From Podarcis cretensis (lineage: Eukaryota): 64,000 nt of DNA. Made by a program: the position numbers and the translations under genes. The notes under the pieces were generated by a model. The model saw nothing but the letters and a program-made list of their open reading frames with translations. It did no database searches and had not been told where the DNA came from. The stretch spans positions 1,178,001 through 1,242,000 of the forward strand of contig OX638161.1 in NCBI GenBank assembly GCA_951804945.1, written 5' to 3'. Below, one piece after another: positions 11,001 to 23,700 of the stretch. The stretch's first letter is position 1. Every line of letters starts with the position of its first letter.

Positions 11001-14000
11001 AGGCACCTGCAGGTCAGAAGAGGGAGAGTGGCCTTCTGCAGTCGATATTTCCCGCGTGGGGTTTCCAGAAGTGCCAGAGGTCAGGTGGGGGCTTGCAGAA
11101 GCCCTTTCGTCTGCTTTATTGCACCCCTGGGTGTTTTGGAGCCTCCCGTGCATTGGGGGAGTGGATTCTCCAGATTCTTCCGCTTCTTCGTTTTGGTCAG
11201 CAAAGATTGTGCCTGTGTGTGTTTCGAAAACTGCTGTGGCCGGAAAAGCTCCTAGATGGAGTTTCCCATTTCCAAAACAAAATCCACGTTTCTTGTGTGA
11301 CATCACTGTGTTTCCCACCCTTGACCCTTGCTTGCCTCTTCCATTTTAAATCTTTCTTGCCCTCTTCCCTCCCTGCCCGCACTGCGTTTTTCTTTTAAAC
11401 ATCCAGTTTGGAAAGTGAGGGGGGACTAACTTCACAGCATCTTGTCAGGTTAGTTGATCTTCCTTTCCCCTTGCTTTCCCTGCCTGTCATCTAAAAATTG
11501 GGTTAAGTTTTTGCTAAAAGCAGAAATAAGCAAAATTGTGTGCACGCCTTGGGAGTACATGGGAGACACTGATTCCAGTATAATTTATCCCGATTTATTT
11601 TTATTTAATGAAGGTTTTGATTTACTTCAATAAACATATCAATATAGTAAAAATAACATAAGTGCATCAAAGCAGTATAGTATAGAATCCTAGAATTGTA
11701 GAGTTGGAAGGGATCCTGATGGTAATCTAGTCCAGCTCCCTGCCATGCGGGGATCATCTAGATCATGAATGACAGAGGGCCATCCAACCTCTGCTTAAAA
11801 ACCTCCAAGGCTGTTTTGGGGGAGACTTAATATTAGGTTGGTAAAGTACTTAAGACCATTATGAAAACCAAATTTCACATGGTGCTGTGGAGAGGGAGTC
11901 CTTTGTATCAGTATTTCTGCTATATATAAGGGAATTCAGGGTCCTCCTGAATTCTTTTGGCACCACACCATTTATGAGTCCCCCGCCCCAAATTTGCATA
12001 TTTTTATAGCAAAACAAAAATTGTAAATTCTGATTTATAAGGCTTTGAGTGTGAGTTGTTTAAATGTGTCATGCATTGCATATTGCGTGAAGCAGTTGGA
12101 AAGGTGGCTTTAAAATAAATTAATTCCCTAAATATATGTTATTAAGATTCTTTTCTCTTCCCTTTCCCCCTCCCCCACCCCACAAAATGCACCACTCAAA
12201 ATGTGGGTTTAGCTACTAGGGTCCCACAGCGCAGCCGTGTTTCCCCAGCCAGAGGGTGGCATGGCCGGACGTTTGCCCGGGCCCCTGTCTCCTGATGAGA
12301 AGACCCTCTGACCAAGCAGGGCTTCCATTTCCTCTTGCACAGATTATCTGAGAAGGTCAAGTGCAGTTGAAGAGAGCTCACACTTTGCATGTCCCAACTC
12401 TGGGGAGGAGCCTTTGAGGGAGGGGGCAAGCCCCAGGGCCCCAGGATCCTGCAGCCTGCAGTCTGCATTAGATAGGGACTAGACTGCCTGCCTCTGTGAC
12501 AAGAGATTTCAAAGGGTTTACCCTCTAGGAGTCCATGCATCCCAACAAAACTATGGCCTGACCGACTTGACTAAATGACTGAGTGGGGTGGAGATACATT
12601 TTTCATATTGCTTTGCGACTGCTTATACTTTCTTTTTGAAATGCCAATTAATCCAGGTTCAGATTTGTATATGAAAGGGCACATTACCCCTTCCCCCATC
12701 CCCCAAAGGCTGAGGTCACTGCAAGATGACCATCAAGAGAAATTTGCTAAAGTTACTGGAGATCTGTCTGTTTCTTGAAGACTGAAGAGTTCTGTGAGTG
12801 TGGGGTGTTTGTGTTTGGAAATATATACCCTAGTGGAGTGCTCATGTTCATGAGCCTGTCATTCTTTCCAAGAGGGGATTTCCACTCCTCCTTTTTCTCT
12901 CTCTTCCCCCTTCCATTTTTCATTCTTCTTTTCCAGCTGGCACTCAAATGTTCTGTGGCTTCTGGACTGCTCAGCATTCATGGGGGGAGCCAGCGGTGGG
13001 AGCAGTTTCCTCTTGTCTTAACTCACCACCTGTGTTTGCTATCGGAAGGAGTGGTTATTAATTTTTATTTTGATGATTAGGCTAAATTCCCAGTCAAAAC
13101 TGCCTCACTCACTTTTTGTCCTTTGCTCCGGAGGGTGTTTGTTGCCCCCCTCCCCGGCCTAATCTTGCCCGGCAGCTGCATTTCTGGGAGGACTGAGCCA
13201 GCCCTGCAAGCACTTGGCGAGAGAGCAAGGAGATAGCACAAGGAGCAGAAGCTGAGTGGCAAGCTGCCCTCCTTTGCCTCTCCTTAGTTAGGGGGGCATA
13301 CGGAAGGTGAGAATTTGGGGAAGGATTGCCTGGGTCAGGCCAAGTCTTGCTTAACCCAGCCTTCTGTTTCCAGCTCACCAGCAGCAGCCCTCCTCTCCTT
13401 GTGCCCAGCATTTGGCATTATTTGGTGGTATGATGTGCTTGCACATGGAGGCTCCCTCTAAGATCTCACTTCCCTTTGTCACCTTTTAAAGCCACCATGT
13501 AAGCTAGTCATCATCACTAGGGGGGTGAATTCTGCCACTAGGTTGCATGTTGTGTCCTGAATAGGCCACCAATTTGTTTCACTGTGGTGACATTTCATTC
13601 ACATAGAGACAGAGCGAAGGGAATCTTCCTGGTCTCAAACCAGCAGCCTTGAGGCTGGTGACTCTTTGCTCTTGGCACTGCATTGGGAGAAGACCTGCTG
13701 GGTGTCCTTGTGGTCAGACACAGACAATTTCTTCTGCAGCTTTCAAACAAGTTCTCCAAAGTTTATAGATCACAAACACATTTCTGAACCAGCCTACACT
13801 TGGTGAGTTATTTTGGTCTGAAAAGAGGAGAAAAACAACAACAAGAAATGTGGAATTATTCAGTACTTGTCACCTGGAGGGCATTTCTGGTTCGCCCTTG
13901 ATAACCAGAGGAGTGGTGGTTTGAAAGCTTGCTCCTCCTTGAGCTGCCCTTCTGGTTCCAAGGAGTTGCTGCCTGTGACTCCTGCTTCCTATCAGTCCTA

Positions 14001-17000
14001 CCAGGTCAGCCTCCACTCTTAATTTCCCTCCGTCTTCTCACCCCTTCCAGACCCAGCATGTCGGGGATGCACCTGACCAAGAAGGGGCGTGAGCAAAGGA
14101 AGCTAGACTTGCACAGGGACTTCACGGTGGCCTCGCCTGCGGAGTTTGTGACTCGTTTTGGAGGAAACCGTGTCATTGAAAAGGTAGCATCCCCAGAGAA
14201 GGGTAACAGATCAGGGGGTTTGCGACCATGGCTGGGTTTCTTGTGGGCTTCTAAAAGATATCTCCGGGAGGGTATGCATAGTCGCCCTCTTTTGGCATAA
14301 GGTGCAGAGCTCAAATGCAAATTTTTCATAGAATCACAGAGTTGCAGAATTGGAGGGGACGCCAAGGGTCATCTAGCCTAGCCCCCTGCAGTGCAGGAAT
14401 CACTGCTAAAGAATCCTTGACAGATGACCATCCAACCTTTGTTTAAAAACCTCCAAGGAAGGTTGGGTCCACCACCATATTTGTATCACTTTTCATTCAT
14501 TTTTCTTTCCATTTTTAAGAAGACCAAGACACTCTTTTGCACAGAGCTTTGTGTTTGGAGGATGAGTTTAGACTATCGCTCTCCCCCCCCCCCCCCCAAT
14601 TTAATATTCGTGCATTACATGGTTTCATTGTACTAAGCTTTATGGAACCCACCCTGGAACCCTATGGTGAAGGGTGGGCTTAATAAATACTTAAGGGTAT
14701 ATAGTAAGTAGGTCATCATCAGGGGCACCAACTCCTAGAGCAGGGGTCAGCAAACTTTTTTAGCCGTGGGCCAGTCCACCATCCCTCAGACCATGTGGGG
14801 GGTCCGACTATATTTTGGAAAAAAATTAAATGAACGAATTCCTATGCCCCACAAATAACCCAGATATGCATTTTAAATAAAAGCACACATTCTACTCATG
14901 TAAAAACACGCTGATTCCTGGACTGTCCGCAGACTGGATTTAGAAGGCGATTGGGCCGCATCTGGCCCACGGACCTTAGGTTGCCTACCCCTGTCCTAGA
15001 GGCTGAGCTCTTTTAGGCCCCTTCCAATTTTTTTTTTTTTGGGGGGCGGCCCTCCACCAATCTTCAGTGCAGCCCAAGGTTGAGAATGGCTGCTTTAAAG
15101 TGTAGGGTGTGAATGTGGCCCACACTTCTCTTGTAGTCTTTGGAGGAGGGATTGGGGTGCTCTCCATTCTCCAGCTGGAAATCTTTCCAGGATTAGCTGC
15201 TTAGATGCTTCAGTTGAGATTCTTGCATCGCAGGGGGTCCCTTACAACTCTGTGATTCCATGATTCTAACAACAATCAGTAACAAACATTACCTGTGTGT
15301 GGTTTCTTCCCAGGTCCTTATTGCCAACAATGGCATTGCGGCCGTGAAGTGCATGCGCTCTATCCGCCGCTGGGCCTATGAGATGTTCCGCAATGAACGG
15401 GCCATTAGATTCGTGGTCATGGTGACACCCGAAGACCTCAAAGCAAATGCAGGTAAGCAGCGAGAGTGTGGCCGCCCTGTCTCTGCATGCACATTCAGCA
15501 CTGCAAATAATTCTACCGTTACAATTTTTCAGAGTATATAAAAATGGCCGATCAGTATGTGCCAGTCCCCGGAGGAACGAATAATAACAATTATGCCAAC
15601 GTAGAATTAATTGTGGATATTTCAAAAAGGATTCCAGTGCAGGTAAGGTCTGAAATGCTCTATCTGCCTCTTTCCTGTTCCGGAGAACAAGACAACAGAA
15701 CAGTTTTGGTTTGGCGGCTTTGAGGATCAGTTGTTTACAACAGGTGTGTAGCTCTTGAGCTTGCTTCCTTGGAGTGCTTTCCGCAGCCTTTTGTGTTTGG
15801 ATCCTCCGTGTGTCTGCCATGAAACCTCCATGCAATGCAAAGGATTCCTGGGGACAGATAGAGAGACTCTGCTGGCTCAGGCAGCGGGTGCTCTGGGTGG
15901 GGAATGGCAATAAGGTGGCTCTGCGACCCTCTGCACTCTCAACCAGTTTCCCTCCTCGGAATTAAAGCCCTTGGAAAGCCCTTGGAAAGCAACTTAAGCA
16001 GTATTCTGGGAACTGTAGTTTGCTAAGGGTGCTGAGAGTTGTCAGGAGACCCCTGTTCTCCTTCCAGAGCTGCAGTTTCTAGAGTGGTTTAATAGTCAAT
16101 CCCTCTTCACAGAGAACTCGGGATTTGTAGCTCTGGGAGAGAATGCACCCATAACAAACTACATCTCCCAGACTTCTTTGGGGGAAGCCAGGACTGTTTC
16201 GAGTGGTATCCCGTTGCTTTAAATGCATGGTGTGAAGGTGGCCAAAGCTCCTCTACTCCCCTTGGGGAGTTCTCTGCAATACGCCTCTCTTGTAGTCTTT
16301 GGGCTCTGTAGGGCAGATCTTGAGTCCAAGCAGCTGTTTATGGATCTGAAGTCTGTTTCTTAAATGCTTTCATTGCAGGCTGTTTGGGCTGGTTGGGGAC
16401 ACGCATCGGAAAATCCAAAACTTCCAGAATTGCTTCACAAACACGGCATTGCTTTCCTAGGTAGGCATTCTTTCGTGCAGGGGTCCCTACTATTTTGACA
16501 GTGGGCACAACAGTGTCTCCTAAGATTCCTTTGGAGGAAAAATGGGGGGGGGGGCTTTTGAAGGTACAATCTTCTTTTTTGCCGGGTTTATTTGGGGACA
16601 GGGTAGGTGTTTTGCTTGTTTTATGAGATGTGTTTTTGCCAAATTCTCCTCCTGTGAATTGATATTTTGTGGTGTGCATGGCAGACTCTTAGATTTCCAA
16701 AAGACTGACATGGGGAGCTGGCTCAGTGTCTTTGAAATGCATGCTGCTGTGTACCTGTTAATATGGCTGATTTCAAGGTTGTTTATGCACTGAGAGATTG
16801 CTCTGTGTGTGTCCACATGGATACAAAAATAGACAATTGTCTGCTGTGGTAAATTGCAAAACTGGGGCCACAAGACGAGCACCAGCTCCTCCTGTGTTAT
16901 ATCCTGTATAGCACTACAGACTGTAAGCTGCCTGGGGCAGGGACCTGTCCTCTTGCATGTTGGTGGCACTGTTAAATGGGCAGATGCAGGATGAGTCGTG

Positions 17001-17686
17001 TGCCAACCTGCCTGTTGGAACAGGAGCACTGATGGAGTTTCTGTGGTGCAGAAACTAAAAACAAGCAGCGTGCGGAGCAAGTGTAAGCAAGGGAGCTCTG
17101 CTGGGCTTCTTGTGGGGCCTCTCCTGGCTGCTTCCTTACGCTCTTCCAATCCTGCCTACGAACGGATGGGCTCTCATGCTGTTGTGTGAGGGGACCATCC
17201 GTCCCGCTGGACCTTGCCCAAGTAAGTACAGTTCTTGCTGGTTTCTTCCTGCACTTACCCCAGGACGACTTGTTCTGTTTTGCCAGGCCCGCCCAGTGAA
17301 GCCATGTGGGCTCTGGGGGACAAAGTGGCTTCCACCATTGTGGCCCAGACGGTCCATATCCCCACATTGCCTTGGAGTGGAAGTGGTAAGAGAATGCGTG
17401 CGCTCTGTCCCTGCGTAGCTCAGGCTTCTGGTTGGTGCTCCCCAACAATTGCAGGCCTCCCCTGATCCCAGCTTCACTCTACACATGCCCAGAGGGGATG
17501 GGACAGAGTGGAGGTTCAGGGCTCAAGGAGCACGGCAGAAACCAAGGCCTGTTTTTGTGAAATGGAGCCTCTCTCACATTTTGTCGCCCTCCTACCTACC
17601 TCTGCAGTGTTTGACATGAACTGAGGAAGATTAAGTCTCCATTTGTATCTTGTCCAGCATTCTGTTCTCACACTGGCCAACCAGAT

Positions 17687-17735
<49 letters not shown>

Positions 17736-20700
17736 CTCACCCATCTGGCTGGGTTTCCCCAGCCATTCTCAATGGAAAACCAACAAGCGGAACCCAAACC
17801 CAAGAGCAACTCTCCTGTGGTTTCAGCAGCCATGAATTTGTCCAATTTCCTGGGCTGGTGACCGTCTCACTGCCTCCTGTGGGAGTGAGTTCCATAGTTC
17901 AACTCTGCGCTGCATGAAGAGGTCCTTTCTTTGGTCCTCTCCCAATCTTTCAACATTCAGCTTCGCTGGACATCCATGAGTTCCAGTGCTTGGAAAGAGG
18001 GAGAGAATACTCCTCATGATCGCTATGTGTTACTTCCAGGACCCGAAGCCTCTGAATTCCAGTGGCTGGGGAGCAACCAAGGGAGAGGGCTGCTCCTGGG
18101 CTCATGTTCTGCTTCTGGACTTCGCTGGGGCATCTAGTTGGCAAGGATGAGATCAGGATGCTGGGCTTGATGCCCCCCCCAGCCTGATCCAGCAGGGCTT
18201 TGCTTACATGCGCTGCCTGTGGGATGCCGGTCCGGATAGGCCTCTGGTTGGATCCCTGTGGCCATCACTCTGAGGCTTCTTGATGTGAATGTTTCCAGGT
18301 TTGGTTGCTGAGTGGATGGAGGACGAGAAGGAGCAGCCAAGAACCATCACTATCCCCCTGGAGACGTATTGGCAGGGCTGCGTCAGGGATCAGGATGAAG
18401 GCCTGGAGGTAACACAGGTTCAGAGGGGACTTTGGACTTCAGAGCAGGGGTGCCTGACCTGTGGCCCTGCCAGGGCCAGACTAGGACAGAAGATGCCACC
18501 CGACTCCTCCTCACTCTGCCACCACCTAAGGCAACTTGAGGCAGCCGGGGGAAGCCCTGAAGGTGGCGGGAGAGGGAGCAGGGGGAGGGCGACGGTGGAG
18601 GAAGAGGCACAGGAGGCAGCAAGCGGCTCTGGAGGTCAGATCTGCTGCTCCTCCAGCTGCCCCCAGCAAGCAAGCCCTGAGCCCAGCGGATGCTGCCTGA
18701 CTTGGAATCACCCCCTGAAATTGATGGATGGTGGATTCAGGAGAGTCCAAAGAAAGTCCTGAGCAAAGCCCCCAGCAGAATTTCCTCCCAAGGCACATTC
18801 CAGCTGCAAAAGGGAGGTTTTCCTCAGGGCTACAACACACCTGAAAAGGGTTGCATTCTCCACACACAGCTTCCTTCTCAAAAAGAAACATTATCAGCCT
18901 TGAAGAAATCCTGTGCAGTTTAACAGCCACATTGCAGGAAGAATTTGCAACCAAGGCTTTTCTCATCAGCCCTTACTAAGTGAGAGAAGCTGAGACAACC
19001 AAATTTCTCCCTTTCCCACCAAATTTTTAAGCCTCGGGGTTCAGGGCTGAATTTTGATCTGCAGTTCAACCCTGAAACATGACACATTGAGGAGGAGTGG
19101 GGCAGCATTTGTATCGGGCAAAGGTGGTAACTCCCTGGGGGGCAGCCAGCGGCCTTGTTCCTTAAGGAGCCCATAGCTCTGTGTGTGTGTGTAGCTGGGC
19201 ACTTTTCACGGGGTGAATCAGCCACCATTTTGTACTGAAGGAAGTATAGGCTGTCCACACTTAGCCTGAGAGAAGCACAGGCCTTGGCCTCCCAGAGAAG
19301 ATGGTTCGCTCCGTAGTCCGGGACTGCGATTAGCGGAAAATGTCCTTTAGCTCTTTGCCATCTGACTCTTATTTTCCTTTCTTTTTTCTGAAATTTCCTT
19401 TCTCTCAGGCCTCCGAGAGAATTGGCTACCCTGTGATGATCAAGGCTTCGGAGGGAGGGGGCGGCAAAGGAATCCGGATAGTGGAAGCGGCAGAAGAGTT
19501 TCCCACCCGCTTCAGACAGGTGAAAGCTGCCGTGGTGGATTTATTATTAATTTACCCCGCCCTTTTCTCCACTTAACAATTAAATGTTTAATTGTTTGTT
19601 TACGGTTAACTTGTTATGTTAATGTGGCATTCCTGTATTAATTAATTTAATTTCATAGAATGTATATGCCACTTGATTGTAAAACAAACAAATAAACCAT
19701 CAAATCAGTTTGCAAAGAGAGTTAATAAAATTATAAGTAAAAACAATTCTTTGAAAGATAAAATCAGCAATAAACTGCAATAAATGAATAAAAAATACAT
19801 CAACATTCCACATATCTAGGTAGGCTTGTCTAAACAATAATGTTTTTAGCTGGTGCCAAAAAGAGTGCCTGGTGTAAATAGGCAGGGGGTTCCAGAGTGC
19901 AGGTGCTGCCACACTAAAATATCCATTTTATAATCTTATAATCCATGCAAGTGCCACTTCAGAACATTTGCAACTATCTGAGTTTTTGCTTCATGTATGA
20001 AAAGTTTCCATAGCCAAGGACAAAGCATGTTGACTGCTAGGCTTCCTTTTGGAAGTTGAGGCCGGGGTATGCTACAAATACACTAAAATGAAATTCAGAT
20101 GCTGCTCTTTGCCGCGGGTGCAGAGAACCTCAAGTCTAGGAGCTGAATATGGCTCTACATTGAGTCCTCTCTGTCTGGCCCTCGGGACTCCTCCCAAGTC
20201 GCATTTCTCCACTCCCTCCTTGAGGGCTTTGGCTGGGTGTATCCTGGAACCGTGACAGTGCCTCTTGAGGAGAGCTGTGTGGCGCTTGTGTGGCTTGCAG
20301 GTAGTCCAGTGGGCAATGGGAAAAGCCCCCCAGGCTCCACCCACTCTGGCCTCTGGCCCCGCCCACAGCTGGTATGTGGCCCTCAGAAAGTTCTGTTCAT
20401 GAGGGAATGTGGTCCTCAAGCTGAAAAAGTTCACACAGGACTGGAGAAAGTTTACGATTTATCTGGAAAATATTTGTGATGAACAGACAACGCTAGTTGG
20501 ATTTAAAGAGACTTTGTGAGGAGAAAGGGTATTGTAAGAGGGAAAAGAGCTGTAAAGATTTATTAACTGGCAATACAAATTACAAAGGAAATGTGAACTA
20601 AATTTAAAATTATGAGGATTGTGGAGGGAGCGGGGGGAAGTCCAAAAGAATTTTGTATTATAGTGGATACGAATGTGTTATTTAAATTTGTAAAAGAAAA

Positions 20701-23700
20701 ATTTTCTTAAAAAATTAATTAAAAAAGAAAAAAAAGAAAAAGGTTTTCCGGCCCTGCCTCCCAAAAGCTGCACAACAGAGAATCCTTAAACCTTTGGTTT
20801 CTTCAGAATATCTGAAAATGTGTTCACATTTATTAAAATTGGCAGATCTGTACTTTGGGCTTTCCTGTGGAAAAAAATTGGGCTTTTTCTCCCAATGCTG
20901 AATCCAGATTAAACACATGGGTTGTTTTAATGTGTTCATAACAAACAGCACAAATGTTGCTTCCAGCGTTGCCGCCTGCCATGGAGTTTGCCCTTGGAGA
21001 GGCATAAATCATTAACAGATGTGAATCAGTCTGTGACGTCTGCATTCCTTTAAGGCAGGAGTTTTCAGTAGGGTGCAACTTTGACGATTTGAAAAACCAC
21101 TTTGGTTGACTAAAAAACGCCTCTGATTAACTGAGCAGCATTTACTGTGTTTGTTATTAGCATGAACATGGCTTAGAAAGGATGCTCCCTGTTCACTCCT
21201 GCACAGGGTGGATGCCTCTCCTAAGCTGCTGCAGTATATATGTTGCAACAATTTATTTCTTAGTGTTTGGGTTTTATCACATGCACATTCAATTCACTGG
21301 CCTCATACAACTACCTGGTGTATATGCAGTCCTATGCATATTTACTCAGAAGTCAATTCCATTAAATTCAGTGGAGCTTACTCCCAAGCAAGCACCCTGG
21401 AAATTGTTTGTTCAGGTGATGGCTCACATTATCAGGCCAGCTCTCCAGGGTGAAATCTCTGTTGTGAAACCCCTGTGCCCAGCAGAAGCGTCCTGGCATC
21501 TGTCTGTACAGTGTGCTTTTGTGCCTCTGTGTTCTTTGAGTTTTGCTCCCTCCCCTGCCCTTTCCTGATCTTCCTTACCTTATGGCCCACACAATTCAGC
21601 ACCAGTAAACTGTCTCCAGAAGCCTCTCCCCCCCCCTTGAAACTTCGAAACACCGAACTTTGGGTGTCTCATAGCCTTGTCCTGTCCTCCGCTCACATCC
21701 TTCCCCATCACATCCTTCCCCATTGAGTAATGCTGCTCTGGAATGTACCTGGAAGGCCATAGCCAACATGACTTGGCTGCTGTACTCCATGCTCTGGTAA
21801 CTTCCAGACTGGCTTGTTGTAATGCATGCATCACTTTCTACAACTCAGAAACTCCCAACTGGCCCCAAAGGCAATGACCAGGTTATGGACTGCTTTGGAT
21901 TGCTTTGTGTTAATTGGTGGGTTTTTTGTCACGCACACCCATCTCAGCTTCCCCTCCTATCCAGCTGGTGTGGATTGTGTAGCATTGATTCCTGCACTGC
22001 GGGGCCTTGGACCAGATGACCTTTTGGGTCCCTTCCAGCTCCACAATTCTATGATTCTGTGATTCTAGGTGCAGAGTGAGGCTCCAGGCTCTCCGATTTT
22101 TGTGATGAAGTTGTTGCAGCACGCCCGTCACCTTGAGGTCCAAGTCTTAGCAGATCAGTATGGGAACGCGGTTTCGTTGTTTAGCCGGGACTGCTCCATC
22201 CAAAGGAGGCACCAAAAGATTATTGAAGAAGCTCCAGCAACTGTAGCAGCAACGTCTGTGTTTGAATACATGGAACAGGTACACACACCTGAGTTTTCCA
22301 ACAGGGTCATAGCTCTGTGGTAGAGCACCTGCCTTGCATGCAGAAGGTCCCAGGTTCCATCCCCAAGGATTCCCAGGTAGGGCTGAGAGAGACTCCCAGT
22401 CCGTGTAGACAGCACTAAGCTGGCTTGGGCCAATGTTCTGATTTGGTAAAAGGCAGCTTTCTCTATTCTTATTTAAGCTAGCCCTTTATCTGGGACCACA
22501 ATAACTAGATTCTTATTTTACAGTAGCAGAGAGTGCCTGGTGCTTCTCAGGATTTTTTAGAAATAAAATATGTTTTTTATAAAATGGATGGTGTAATTCA
22601 TGAGTTTGGACCCATCATGCCAAAAACCAGGCAAAGTCACAGCAAACTCGCATTTTGGTCTGCCATTCTGATTCAAAATGGCACCTGGCACCCAAGCATT
22701 GACAGAGACCCCTGTCCCCATCTCCTTGTTTGCACGCACCAAAACAATAAGCAAACTGAACTGCAGCCACCATTCGCAAATCATGTTTTTCTGAGTTTTG
22801 CAATGCAGGTATATAGGCAACCCCTCATTTACATAGGTTCAATATGTGCGTGACTGTGCACACATGGATTGGGCAGAGGCAGAACGAGGTGTTTGCAGGC
22901 TTTTTCAGTGGTGTTTCAGATATGTGCAATTTCACTGACACATGTGGTCCCTTAGAACGTAACCCCCGTGTAAATGGCCTACGTATATTGCCTATATTGG
23001 GGGGAAATGCACATAGAAAATAACAAAGAAAAAGTTGATGCATTAGGGGAACTTGCTTGGGAAATTGTGCAGAAATGACATAACAAAAATTTATATACTG
23101 GGTGGAATGTGCACTAAAATGCATATAATTTTTTTGTGATGACTTCCCTTTCCCACAGGCCCACATCCCTGTTTTTCATTTTATTATTTATTTCCCTTTA
23201 TAGACTGCCTCTTCTCCAAAGACCTCCTCATGGTTCCCTTTTGCCCTCTTCCTCCTCCCCCTCCTTCCTTCACTCTCACAACCACCCTCTGCTGTAGATC
23301 AGGCTGAGACCAGGGTCACCCGTAGTACTTTGGGGGTGAGTGTGGATTTGAACCTGTGTCTCCCTAGTCCCTGCCCCAACACTCCGACTGCAGCACCACA
23401 CTGTTCCTTGTCCCGTGTTCAAATCTCACCTTCACTGCAAACTATTTTGTTTTTTTACTTGCTGAACATATTCCTTATTCTTCAAAATTCAGTTCTCCAA
23501 AGCAGCCAATATATCACAATGCCAGAAAAATTAGTCAGAGTTTCAGATAATGTAGACGCGTGCACTTCTCTGGATGAATTGTTCCTGTCACTCTCCCAAG
23601 GCCCTGCGTGTTTTATGGAGGCTTATTTTGCATGGCTGCTTTTCTCCACAGTGCGCTGTACGACTTGCCAAAATAGTGGGATACGTGAGCGCGGGAACGG

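Noticed and set aside
11400-13810. Other donor-like sites in intron 1 (gttagt about 11449, gtgaga about 13307, gtgagt about 13803)
   Set aside because: I could not tie a convincing start codon or promoter context to them; cannot be supported without transcripts.
17643-17861. Poly-Q, poly-N and poly-C ORFs
   Set aside because: Translations of the (CAA)n microsatellite inside repeat-derived intron sequence.
22303-22375. tRNA-Ala-like sequence
   Set aside because: Degenerate stems, attached to a SINE body and multi-copy; a SINE head, not a tRNA gene.
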